34,150 nucleotides of DNA from IMG/VR virus record IMGVR_UViG_3300032266_001063, positions 1 through 34,150 of that record, one strand, 5' to 3'. Positions 1 through 8,738 of this stretch are shown here, in pieces. The position numbers were made by a program, and so were the translations under genes. The notes beneath the pieces are model-generated. The model was not told where the DNA came from. It did no database searches and saw nothing but the letters and a program-made list of their open reading frames with translations. Numbering within the stretch: the stretch's first letter is position 1; every line of letters begins with the position of its first letter. Source of the stretch: a virus. Its lineage: Duplodnaviria; Caudoviricetes.

Positions 1-123
1 GATGAATTGTTTTTCAATTTCTAATGCTTCTAAAACTATTTCTAAAACTCTTTCATATGAAAGTTTTTCTTCTATGTGATTTTTAAATAAATAACAAGCA
101 AAATCACAATGAAGGTTTTCGTC
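1..123 (-). CDS. nrdB: Ribonucleotide reductase class Ia beta subunit, exon 3 (partial, runs off the window)
   Basis: Manual translation from 123: DENLHCDFACYLFKNHIREKLSYERVLEIVLEALEIEKQFI. It continues the R2 motif SR|DExxH from exon 2 and is not in the ORF track. Confidence 0.93.
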
Positions 124-1152
124 CAATTATGTTCAATTTGATACGCAACATCAAATTCGTTTATTAAACAGCTATATGTTACCATATATGTTCAGACTAT
201 ATCACCAACTCATTTCTGTTACCAATTTGAGTTGCCCTTTGTTTCCACCACCATTTGCTTGTGATGTACTCTACTCACTTCCAAATAATAATTTCTTATT
301 TATTTGTGTTTTCGATAGTCGTTGCAATAGATAAATTATTATAATAATGTCTCCAAACTTCTTTCCAACTTATTTTATTTCGGATTCTTGATATACTACT
401 TTTCTCAAGATGATATAAATCAGCAATTTCTTGGTTTGTTTTTTCGGTATTTATAGTTAAATGAATAATTTCTAACATTTTATCTAATGGTAATGAACAA
501 CTACCAAGTGAATTTATTTTGTTATTATTATTAAAATGTTCTACCCAAAGGTATTTCCATCTTTTTCCGTGTCTTATTAAAGAAACATATCTATCATGTA
601 AAAAATATTTATTAGAAACATCTTTATTAGTTAATCCTTTTTTGAACATTTCATATATATCTAATACTTCTTCTTCTGTTATTGTTGACATCGGATTTTC
701 TTCTCCTTTTTTACCTTTTTGTAACCCTATTTTATATGCATGAATTTGATTTTGTGAACTTGTCACTATCTCTAAATTCTCTAAATTATTATTAGTTTTA
801 CAACCATCAATATGATTTACTTCATAATTTTTAGGTATTTCACCTATAAAAGTTTCTACTACTATTCTGTGTACTGTATTATTCCTTACAGTTAAATAAC
901 CAGAAGATGATAAAGTAGGTTTTAAATATTCTATTACTTTACCTTTTATTCTTCCTTTATTTGACACAAAATAACCCGATTTATGTAGTTTAAAAATTTC
1001 CATTTTATTTTAAATATAACAAAATAAAAATAAAATGTAAAGTCTCGTCACTATATTTTATCTATCTCAGGATTGTCCTTTTCTTAGGAGTTCCCCTGAT
1101 TTAAAAGGGTTTTTCTAATTATATCACTATAAAAAGGTCGCTACGATACTTA
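124..1152 (-). mobile_element. Group I intron 2 of nrdB (1029 nt), endonuclease-encoding
   Basis: Exon ends in U (AGUCGU) and pairs with GCGAC through a U-G wobble (P1); terminal G at 124. Core motifs AAATCAGGGGAA (P), AATCCTGAG (Q), GCAACGACTA (R) and GATATAGTCT (S) lie in order. Removal gives in-frame LISR|DENLH. Confidence 0.93.
296..1003 (-). CDS. Intron-encoded HNH homing endonuclease (I-HmuI-like) with two C-terminal HTH-like repeats
   Basis: YFVSNKGRIK N-terminus; VHRIVVETF...VNHIDGCKTNNNLENLE...N HNH motif; lies between intron Q and R elements. Confidence 0.9.
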   Translation of the reverse strand: MEIFKLHKSGYFVSNKGRIKGKVIEYLKPTLSSSGYLTVRNNTVHRIVVETFIGEIPKNYEVNHIDGCKTNNNLENLEIVTSSQNQIHAYKIGLQKGKKGEENPMSTITEEEVLDIYEMFKKGLTNKDVSNKYFLHDRYVSLIRHGKRWKYLWVEHFNNNNKINSLGSCSLPLDKMLEIIHLTINTEKTNQEIADLYHLEKSSISRIRNKISWKEVWRHYYNNLSIATTIENTNK

Positions 1153-1524
1153 ACGACTTATCAAATCATTAGAAAATGTTAATCCTGGCATTAAACCACG
1201 TTTCTTCATGTAGAAAATACTGCAAAAACTTCCAGAAAAGAACACACCTTCTACAACAGCAAATGCTACTAATCGCTCTACAAAGCTATCGCTATCAATC
1301 CATTTTAATGCCCATTCACCTTTCTTTTTAACAGCTGGATTGGTTTCTAAAGCATTGAATAAATCATTCTTTTCTTTTTCATCTTTAATGTATGTGTCAA
1401 TCAGTAAACTATAAGTTTCACTATGAACATTTTCCATCATTATTTGAAAACCATAAAACATTTTTGCTTCTGTGTATTGAACTTCTCTTACAAAATTCTC
1501 AGCAATATTTTCATTTACAATACC
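1153..1524 (-). CDS. nrdB: Ribonucleotide reductase beta subunit, exon 2
   Basis: The frame of ORF 1150..1461 extends 21 codons upstream ([21 protein letters not shown]) and contains [18 protein letters not shown] and [13 protein letters not shown]. Confidence 0.95.
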
Positions 1525-1880
1525 CTTGTAATGAAATGGTTATTTTTTAAAATTAAAGAGATAACTAATCTCAACCATTTCTCTCATATTTTCTTATGAG
1601 GTTAGACTATATCTTAATTAAGTTTTATCTTAATTTCCACCATTTCCAAAATAATATAGTTACTATTATAATGTACTTCTCCACAACAGAGAATAGTCGT
1701 TGAACTTTGATCATATTCTTTATTAGAAATTAGACCCTTAGATGCTGATTGCCCATTTATTCATTTTTATGAAACATATTGTTATTTTTCAAACTTTCAC
1801 GCTTATCTTTTCAAATTACGTTGTAGTATAACAATCTTTAGGGGTTTCCAGCAATTAGATGGATACGGACAGTATTATTT
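1525..1880 (-). mobile_element. Group I intron 1 of nrdB (356 nt, ORF-less)
   Basis: Exon end CGGAU pairs with GUCCG (U-G wobble); AUAAUACU pairs with the exon 2 start GGUAUUGU (P10); terminal G at 1525. Core motifs AATTGCTGGAAA, AATCAGCA, GTTCAACGACTA and AAGATATAGTCT are present. Removal restores FFAASD|GIVNEN. Confidence 0.94.
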
Positions 1881-2093
1881 ATCCGATGCCGCAAAGAACG
1901 CCAAAACGTTCTTTATAAAATGACGTTCATTCTCATTTAATTTATTTTCCCAATCATTTATATCAGATGATAAATCAATTTCTTCTGCTGTCCAAAAGAG
2001 TTCTTGCTGATTTTTATAATGTTCCCATATATCATTATGTTGAATTGGGAATAAAACAAACCTATTAGGGTTTGATACTAAAATTTTCTCCAT
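1881..2093 (-). CDS. nrdB: Ribonucleotide reductase beta subunit, exon 1
   Basis: NRFVLFPI...[12 protein letters not shown]...LAFFAASD is the typical R2 N-terminus (71 codons). Confidence 0.95.
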
Positions 2094-2113
2094 TTTTTTT
2101 TATTTAAAGTTAT

Positions 2114-4282
2114 TTATTTGTTTTGTTGTTGTCGGTCATATGCATCCCTAAGTCTTTTTGTTTTATCTACTTCTTTATCTTGTTCAACACCTAATAGTGT
2201 GTTTTGAGATTCAGTATCAATTATAAGAAATTCGTTATCATATTTGCAATTTTGGAATATAATACCATCTTTACCAATCCTTGATTTAAGAATTGTCATT
2301 GTTGCTAAATTATGTTCTTTTTGTTCCAATGTTTTACCAACTGATATGATAACGTGAGCGATTTGGGCTTTTTTAATTGAACCACCCATTTGGTCAGTTG
2401 TAACAATTTCACTTGAAATTGCACTTCTTGAACCTTGAACGGCTGTCCATAAAGCAAATTCAAATTCTGATGCCATTGTTTCTAATGCTCTCATGATTGC
2501 ACCTTCACCTTTCCATTCTTCATCACCACTTTTTGATGATATACAATCAACATAATCAATAATTAATAAATCAATTTTAAAACCATCAGAAATCATTTTT
2601 CTAACTTTATTTCTAATGTCAGTAATTGTTGTTCCGTCTGATGGTAATTTTAGTAATCTTAATTGACCTATTGAATTATTTTGAGCATTTTGAACTTTTT
2701 CCATCACTTCCTCAACATTATATGATTGTTCATCAGGTGCAATTCCTGACCAAATTGTATAATGTTTACGTTTAATTGATGAAGGATTATCTTCAAAAAA
2801 TATTTGAAGAACATTATAACCTTCTTGATGTGCTGTATTGGCTATCTTAGTTAAGGCTGTTGTATTATGTGTTAATACATAATCCTTAATAACAAATAAT
2901 TCATCTTTATTATCAACTTTAATACAAATTGCTTCTTCATCATGAGAATAATTAATAGATTTAATAAATTTATCTAAATTAAATTTTCTTTTTTTATAAA
3001 TTTCATTCTTATTCCATCTTGTTTTTTTAGCAAAATTATCGGAAAATGGATTTATTTCATTTGGTAATTCGATAAAGATAAAATTAACATCAAAATTATT
3101 ATTAGTACCAGTTGCATAACCACCTAAAGATAATACTAATTCTTTTAAATCTTTACAAAAGGTTTTTGAATAATTTAAAAATAATAATCTTCTATTATTT
3201 TGTAAACGACTACAAGAACTATCAATAATACCATTCAATAATTTTATTCTATTTTCTAATGAATTGTATAAATATTCATGTGGTATTAATGAATCTTTAT
3301 TTAAAGAAACCCCAAATTTATAAGGATCAACATCAACATATATTTCATTAAATTCAATAGGTTTAATTGATGGTAATCTATAATAATTATACATATGACT
3401 TTTTTCTATTAAATCACTTGTTTTTAATACTTTAAAAGTATTATAATCATCATTTCTACTATTAACAGACCATAAATGTTCTTCATCACATTCAACAGAT
3501 GTACCATCAGTAAATTCCATTTTATAAATTGGTCTTATTCCTTGTGGATAAACACCAATCACTTTTTGTTTTTTACCATCAGAACCAATAACATCATCGT
3601 CCACTTTAATATCACCTATATTAATCCAACCATTAGGAGTTAAAATTGGACATGAAATAGGTAATGCTTTACCTATACCAGTAGCCATCAACATTACTCC
3701 TAATTCACCCTTACCTAAACCACCTTTTAAAGCATTATCTAAGCCATTTATACCTGTTGGTATGGTATGTCTATAATCCTTTGACAATGATGATTCAATA
3801 TCAAAGAAAACATCAATAACATCATCATTTGATGTACCAACTTGTAATGCATTTCTTATTATTGTTTCTATTTTTGAATATTCTTCAAAATCACCATTTT
3901 CAATAATAGTATTAACTTGTTTTAATTCTTTTTTTAAATTTTGTTGTTTACAAAAATTTAATGCTGTATCTTTTACAAATCCACTATCTTGTTTATTAAT
4001 TTTAATTGCTTCTAATGTATCTAAATGTACTTTAGAAGTTTCTCGGTTATTACTATTTTCAATTAATATTTTTTGAGCCAAGGATGTATAATCAGGAATT
4101 TTCGTATATTCTTTATACAGTTCTTTTAAATTCTCCATTATGTATTTAAAAGAATTATTATCAAAATATTTTGATTCTATCACATCTATTATAGTTTCAC
4201 CATATTTTTTATCTTCTATAATACATTTAATAAGATTCTGTTGAAATGATACTCCTAAATAACCAAAATTCTTTTCTTGCAT
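2114..4282 (-). CDS. dnaB: Replicative DnaB/T4 gp41-like SF4 helicase precursor with intein (454 aa after splicing)
   Basis: Walker A ATGIGK|T split by the intein; LLIIDYVD Walker B; WTAVQGSR; ILKSRIG arginine finger. Confidence 0.92.
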   Translation of the reverse strand: MQEKNFGYLGVSFQQNLIKCIIEDKKYGETIIDVIESKYFDNNSFKYIMENLKELYKEYTKIPDYTSLAQKILIENSNNRETSKVHLDTLEAIKINKQDSGFVKDTALNFCKQQNLKKELKQVNTIIENGDFEEYSKIETIIRNALQVGTSNDDVIDVFFDIESSLSKDYRHTIPTGINGLDNALKGGLGKGELGVMLMATGIGKALPISCPILTPNGWINIGDIKVDDDVIGSDGKKQKVIGVYPQGIRPIYKMEFTDGTSVECDEEHLWSVNSRNDDYNTFKVLKTSDLIEKSHMYNYYRLPSIKPIEFNEIYVDVDPYKFGVSLNKDSLIPHEYLYNSLENRIKLLNGIIDSSCSRLQNNRRLLFLNYSKTFCKDLKELVLSLGGYATGTNNNFDVNFIFIELPNEINPFSDNFAKKTRWNKNEIYKKRKFNLDKFIKSINYSHDEEAICIKVDNKDELFVIKDYVLTHNTTALTKIANTAHQEGYNVLQIFFEDNPSSIKRKHYTIWSGIAPDEQSYNVEEVMEKVQNAQNNSIGQLRLLKLPSDGTTITDIRNKVRKMISDGFKIDLLIIDYVDCISSKSGDEEWKGEGAIMRALETMASEFEFALWTAVQGSRSAISSEIVTTDQMGGSIKKAQIAHVIISVGKTLEQKEHNLATMTILKSRIGKDGIIFQNCKYDNEFLIIDTESQNTLLGVEQDKEVDKTKRLRDAYDRQQQNK
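2864..3667 (-). mobile_element. Class 3 intein (268 aa, residues 206-473) with degenerate LAGLIDADG domain
   Basis: Starts with Ala (ALPISCPILTPNGW); block B CDEEHLW; block F EAICIKVD; block G VLTHN|T. The W-C-T triplet is present. LLNGIIDSS is a LAGLIDADG remnant. Confidence 0.9.
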
Positions 4283-4283
4283 T

Positions 4284-4724
4284 TTATAATGTATTCAATT
4301 GATAATTTAAAAAATTTGTTGTCGGTTTCCTACTTGAAAGTATTGATGATAAATCATTTAAAAATGGTTTAACATAATCTCTTACATCTAATCTAACTTT
4401 AGGATGATATATATTAGATGGAAAAATTCTTTCATTAAATGTTACATCATTTAATTTTAATTGCAATAAATAATATTGTTTTTCTTTTACTTCCTCAATA
4501 AATTCATTATTTTCATATTGTAATCTATTTTCAAACATATATTCAGCATTTTTATTCTTCAAATCTTCAGATATTACATTACACATATATTTCATATATT
4601 CTGAAATCTGTAATGAATTTTTAGCTTTGGGGTTGTAATTTCTTACTGGGAAAAGTCTTTGACATACAATATTATTTTGTGATGTCAATAAAAATTCAAA
4701 TCTATTTAATCCGTTATAATTCAT
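4284..4724 (-). CDS. Hypothetical protein in replication operon
   Basis: 146 aa ORF tightly packed between the exonuclease and helicase genes; no motif recognised. Confidence 0.75.
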   Translation of the reverse strand: MNYNGLNRFEFLLTSQNNIVCQRLFPVRNYNPKAKNSLQISEYMKYMCNVISEDLKNKNAEYMFENRLQYENNEFIEEVKEKQYYLLQLKLNDVTFNERIFPSNIYHPKVRLDVRDYVKPFLNDLSSILSSRKPTTNFLNYQLNTL

Positions 4725-4733
4725 AATTTTGTT

Positions 4734-5720
4734 TTATGTTTTTTGATAATTTTTATTTTTTTCAATTCTTATTAAATTTAAGAATGGTAAGAAAAAATTA
4801 ATCCAAGCATCTTCATTTTTAGGTAACAACGTTGATAAACCATCTTCTAACATCATTTTTATAATATTTTTATAAGACCTATCTTCACTATCTAAATTAT
4901 TATTAATTAAATCATTAATTTCACTTTTAACTTCATCATTTAAAAATAATTTATCTAAACCTATTATTTCTTCATTTAAATCGAATAACCTTTTACCAAA
5001 ATTACCATTTTTAGTTGTACCATCCAAGATATTTTTAATTATATTTTTAGGTTTTTTTAGATTATTACATCTATCAAAAACAAACTTTAAATCAATTATT
5101 TCTGTCTTAATTTCTGGAACAATTTCTAATAATCTTTTAATTCCTAATCCTTTAACACCTAAAATATTATCCGAATTATCACCACATAATATTTTAATTA
5201 ATTTTACATTATTAATATTTACAGTTTGTTTTTCATAAATAAATTCACTATTAATGTCATATAAAATATGTGTTCTTGGATTATAAACTTTTGTTTTTTC
5301 ATCTAATAATATCAACATATCTCTATCAGATGATATTATTATTTTTTCTTCTTTTGCAGTATTTTTAACATAGTAAGAAATTAAATCATCACTTTCACAA
5401 TGAAAAAATTCCGCTTGTCTAATAAACAATTCTTCTAAATATTGTTTGGTTCTTATTTTTTGATAATTATAATTATCATTATCTATTTCTACTTTTGGTT
5501 TTAATTTATATTGTGGATAAATTTTTCTTCTTTCGTAATTACCATCTTCACCATCCCAAAAAACACAAATTTTATTAATTTCATTTGTTTCAATAAATGT
5601 TTTTAAAGTAACTAAAAAATGATATAAACCACCAATATGTTTACCATCATAAAAATAATTTTTTCTTCCATAATAACCAATATTCAAAAGATTATCACCG
5701 TCAACAATAAATGTTATCAT
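4734..5720 (-). CDS. rnh: 5'-3' exonuclease / flap endonuclease (T4 RNase H-like)
   Basis: IVDGDN, WDG, RRKIYPQYK, ESDDLI, SSDRDM and GDNSDNILGVKGLG (H3TH) motifs. Confidence 0.9.
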   Translation of the reverse strand: MITFIVDGDNLLNIGYYGRKNYFYDGKHIGGLYHFLVTLKTFIETNEINKICVFWDGEDGNYERRKIYPQYKLKPKVEIDNDNYNYQKIRTKQYLEELFIRQAEFFHCESDDLISYYVKNTAKEEKIIISSDRDMLILLDEKTKVYNPRTHILYDINSEFIYEKQTVNINNVKLIKILCGDNSDNILGVKGLGIKRLLEIVPEIKTEIIDLKFVFDRCNNLKKPKNIIKNILDGTTKNGNFGKRLFDLNEEIIGLDKLFLNDEVKSEINDLINNNLDSEDRSYKNIIKMMLEDGLSTLLPKNEDAWINFFLPFLNLIRIEKNKNYQKT

Positions 5721-5732
5721 ATTATTTTTTTA

Positions 5733-5768
5733 TGATAACATATTAATAATTAAATTAATATGTTATCA
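5733..5768. repeat. Perfect 15-bp intergenic hairpin between uvsX and the exonuclease gene
   Basis: TGATAACATATTAAT-N6-ATTAATATGTTATCA; there is no U-tract on the transcribed strand. Confidence 0.7.
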
Positions 5769-5775
5769 GTTAATA

Positions 5776-6774
5776 TTAATCTTCTTCATAAGCTATTGGA
5801 TCTTCAATAACTTCATCCCTAATTTCTAAATCACCATCACCAGCAATTATTTCATTCCAATATTTAGAATATTTCTTCTTATAATCATCTAATGCTTCTT
5901 TTGTATCATCAATATATCCTTGTGGTATAGCAATAATCTTTCCATCTTTAAAAGAAATACCATTAACATGGTTCTTTAAAATAGAAATTTTTGTTCTAAT
6001 AGCATAAGTGATTGTTCTACCATTCTTGGTTGCTGTAATATGATTAATTCCCGATTTTTTCTCATTACCAAAAAGGAAAACTAATGAAGATGCTAACCAA
6101 AGTGCTTCACCACCTTTAGCTTTAATTTGCGGTTGACCCCAAGGACCATCAGGTAATTCAACCCAAGGTTGATTAATAACGACCATTGTAGCATAATATG
6201 GTGCACTATCTTTTTTTGTTTTAGATATTCTTGAATGAATACCCATACCAATTTTATCAGCTAAAACTGATGCATTATGTTGTTTACCACCTTTACCTTC
6301 ATATGTCATTTTACATGGTATTGAACCAACTGAATCCCATAAAAATAAAATATTCTGATTTATTTCACCTTTATCTTGTGCATCAAGTACATCATTTACA
6401 AATTCTGTTGCTTGTTCAATATAATCAAAAGAATCATTGAAAATAAATTCACCTAACCATTCCCCATCTTCATTCTTAGTGACATTTAATCCTAATTCTA
6501 TTGCGTGTTCCCATGACCATTTTTTTTCAGTAATAATAAAAATAGGTAGATGTCCTTTTTTTTGTGCATCGACAGCTGCTAAAATCATTGCTGTTGTCTT
6601 ACTACTATTACTATGACCCAAAAACATATTAATTCCACCCATTACAGGTCCAGGTAATCCACAGGCTTTACTAAAGGACTCACCACAATAATAAAAATCT
6701 ATTTCTTTATATTTTGTTTTTGAAGAAAATTTATCTTTGAATGATGCAATTTCTTTCTTCTTAATATTTGCCAT
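5776..6774 (-). CDS. uvsX: RecA/UvsX-like recombinase
   Basis: Walker A GHSNSSKTT, Walker B LFLWDSVG, VVINQ, KGGEAL and KNHV motifs; adjacent to SSB. Confidence 0.88.
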   Translation of the reverse strand: MANIKKKEIASFKDKFSSKTKYKEIDFYYCGESFSKACGLPGPVMGGINMFLGHSNSSKTTAMILAAVDAQKKGHLPIFIITEKKWSWEHAIELGLNVTKNEDGEWLGEFIFNDSFDYIEQATEFVNDVLDAQDKGEINQNILFLWDSVGSIPCKMTYEGKGGKQHNASVLADKIGMGIHSRISKTKKDSAPYYATMVVINQPWVELPDGPWGQPQIKAKGGEALWLASSLVFLFGNEKKSGINHITATKNGRTITYAIRTKISILKNHVNGISFKDGKIIAIPQGYIDDTKEALDDYKKKYSKYWNEIIAGDGDLEIRDEVIEDPIAYEED

Positions 6775-6797
6775 TTTGCTAATTATTATAAACTTTT

Positions 6798-6909
6798 TAT
6801 AACAGTTATATTAATATAATATATATTAATAATTCATAACTATTATCATTTACTGTTATATTATGATAATAGTTATGAAAGGTAAATGGGTTACATCTAC
6901 CTTTCATAA
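6798..6909 (-). promoter_or_regulatory. Structured intergenic RNA element (overlapping hairpins, possible pseudoknot) in the uvsX leader
   Basis: 17-bp IR 6833-6849/6863-6879; 16-bp IR 6873-6888/6894-6909; loop segment 6852-6860 is complementary to 6798-6806. Confidence 0.55.
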
Positions 6910-6926
6910 TATAATTTTATATTAAA

Positions 6927-7790
6927 TTAAAATGGAAGTTGATCATCAGGTTCATTATCAGCTTGTGGGTCTAAGAGACTGTTTGTAATTGGTGGTTTAG
7001 CTAATGTCATTTCTTCACTTAATTGTGATGTAGAAACAAATTTTTTAGCATCCATATCCCACCTTGGTACTTCTCCTTTAGCAACAATATCCAAATAATC
7101 TTCTGGTTTTTTTGAATATACATCAGCCCAAACAGTTGTATCATTAATCCAACTATCAGCGATTGTTCTATCTTCATGTAGTGGTGATTTATCTTCAGGA
7201 ATAATTGAAGTAATTGTAGTATATTCCTTACCGTTTTTTGGGTTTTTTGATAAAGTTAAAGCCAATGTTAAATCACGACCATCAGTTGAACTCATAATAT
7301 TACCTTTATTTCTAATAATTGGTAATATTTTATCAAAAATACCTTCATTTTTACCATTGTGTTTGAATCTCCAAAACTTTGGACCATCTTGTTCGTTATC
7401 TCTATCAATAACTTTAACAATGTAAAATCTCTTAGCGTAATAATCTTTAGCTAATTCTTTATCAGCTTCATCACTACTACTATTTAAACCTAAATAAACC
7501 TCATGTAATGGTGAACGTTTACCATCTTGTCTTGGGTCATATAATTTTAAATAATCATCTCCCACTTTAACTTCATGGAAGTACGCTTCTTTAAATGGTG
7601 ATGAACCATCAACCATTTCTATAATTCTAATTCTTTTTTCACCACTTTTTACACCTTTTGGTAAAACTGTAGTAAAATACTTTTTTAATCTTTCTTCATT
7701 TGAAACATTGTTATTGCCACTTGTAGCTTTTTTTGTGTTTTTGTCATATTGCGATAATACGGCTAACACACTTACTTCTTCTGTTGTCAT
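6927..7790 (-). CDS. Single-stranded DNA-binding protein, T4 gp32-like
   Basis: RIRII...PFKEAYFH, VKVIDRDNEQDGPKFWRF, GRDLTL and the acidic tail DDQLPF; position beside uvsX. Confidence 0.82.
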   Translation of the reverse strand: MTTEEVSVLAVLSQYDKNTKKATSGNNNVSNEERLKKYFTTVLPKGVKSGEKRIRIIEMVDGSSPFKEAYFHEVKVGDDYLKLYDPRQDGKRSPLHEVYLGLNSSSDEADKELAKDYYAKRFYIVKVIDRDNEQDGPKFWRFKHNGKNEGIFDKILPIIRNKGNIMSSTDGRDLTLALTLSKNPKNGKEYTTITSIIPEDKSPLHEDRTIADSWINDTTVWADVYSKKPEDYLDIVAKGEVPRWDMDAKKFVSTSQLSEEMTLAKPPITNSLLDPQADNEPDDQLPF

Positions 7791-7820
7791 TTTTCTTTTT
7801 TTTTAAAATATTTATGATTG

Positions 7821-7851
7821 CAAATATATGCTAAATTCTATTAATTACAAA
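7821..7851 (-). promoter_or_regulatory. Bacteroidota-type housekeeping sigma promoter for the replication operon
   Basis: TTTG-N19-TATATTTG, an exact match to the -33/-7 consensus TTTG-N19-21-TAnnTTTG, 30 nt upstream of the SSB ATG. Confidence 0.7.
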
Positions 7852-7894
7852 ATTTGTTTTACTATTTTTTTTAAAGTTTTTTTTACTATTTTTT

Positions 7895-8512
7895 TTAATA
7901 ATTTGGATTAAATGATTGTGCAATTTGATTCTTAGAATAGTTATCAACATCTTGTTTTGTTAATATATATTCATTCTTACCTGATGCTCTCATTTCATTC
8001 TTTTTAACATCAAAAAATTGTTGTGGTGTTTGGCTAAAAGGATAAGAATCTAATGACCTCATTTCTAATCTCTCTTGTGGTGTTACAGGTTTCATAGTTT
8101 CTATTTTAGCACCCAATTGGTCTATTTTAGATATAATATTATTCATTTCACCTAATTTACTTTCTAAGTCATTTAATTTAGTAAATACACTATCCATTTT
8201 TGATATGCTATCAGTATTAACCATATTTGTTTTTTCTACATCATTTTTTAAACTTTTAGTCATATTAACTAAATCAGTAATATCAATTTCTTCTGTTGAA
8301 TCTGTTGATGCCATAGCATCAGTAGGAGGTACAGCACCATCAACAGGTGGTACACTTGCATCAGTAGGTGGTACAGCACCATCAACAGGTGCTTCGGGTT
8401 CTAAAGCACCGTCAGGGGCTTCTGTTGGTACTTCTTGTTCAGTTAATAAATAATTATTATATTTATTTATAGATTTAAATCTATGTATTTCGTTTAAAAT
8501 TTTATTTGTCAT
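7895..8512 (-). CDS. Hypothetical protein with Pro/acidic linker and coiled coil, possibly virion-associated
   Basis: 205 aa ORF; N-terminal ILNE/LLTE; PVDGAVPPTDA repeat; heptad stretch LNDLESKLGEMNNIISKIDQL. Confidence 0.75.
   Translation of the reverse strand: MTNKILNEIHRFKSINKYNNYLLTEQEVPTEAPDGALEPEAPVDGAVPPTDASVPPVDGAVPPTDAMASTDSTEEIDITDLVNMTKSLKNDVEKTNMVNTDSISKMDSVFTKLNDLESKLGEMNNIISKIDQLGAKIETMKPVTPQERLEMRSLDSYPFSQTPQQFFDVKKNEMRASGKNEYILTKQDVDNYSKNQIAQSFNPNY
8316..8391. repeat. 42-bp-period intragenic tandem duplication (PVDGAVPPTDA x2)
   Basis: GCATCAGTAGGWGGTACAGCACCATCAACAGGTG occurs at 8316 and 8358. Confidence 0.9.
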
Positions 8513-8527
8513 TTTAATTTTTTTTAA

Positions 8528-8698
8528 TTAATCATTTAATAATTGGCGTCCATCTTCTATTAAAAATGTTTTTTCATCAATTCTTTCATATAAACCATCT
8601 TTAACTGTTACATTATATTTTGGTAAATTTTTATCTGTTACTGATTTTTTTTCTTTATTTAAAAATTTATCTAAAGAATCATTTAAATCTTTTTTCAT
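8528..8698 (-). CDS. Small hypothetical protein (probable start MKKDL at 8698, not 8755)
   Basis: The internal ATG avoids overlap with the upstream gene and follows an ATATTTAT motif at 8714-8721. Confidence 0.6.
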   Translation of the reverse strand: MKKDLNDSLDKFLNKEKKSVTDKNLPKYNVTVKDGLYERIDEKTFLIEDGRQLLND

Positions 8699-8738
8699 AT
8701 TTTTACTTTTATAATAAATATCATTAAAATTATAAATG

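Noticed and set aside
1150-2093. nrdB fragments as a pseudogene or as evidence of stop-codon recoding
   Set aside because: Fully explained by group I introns; long genes elsewhere read through in code 11.
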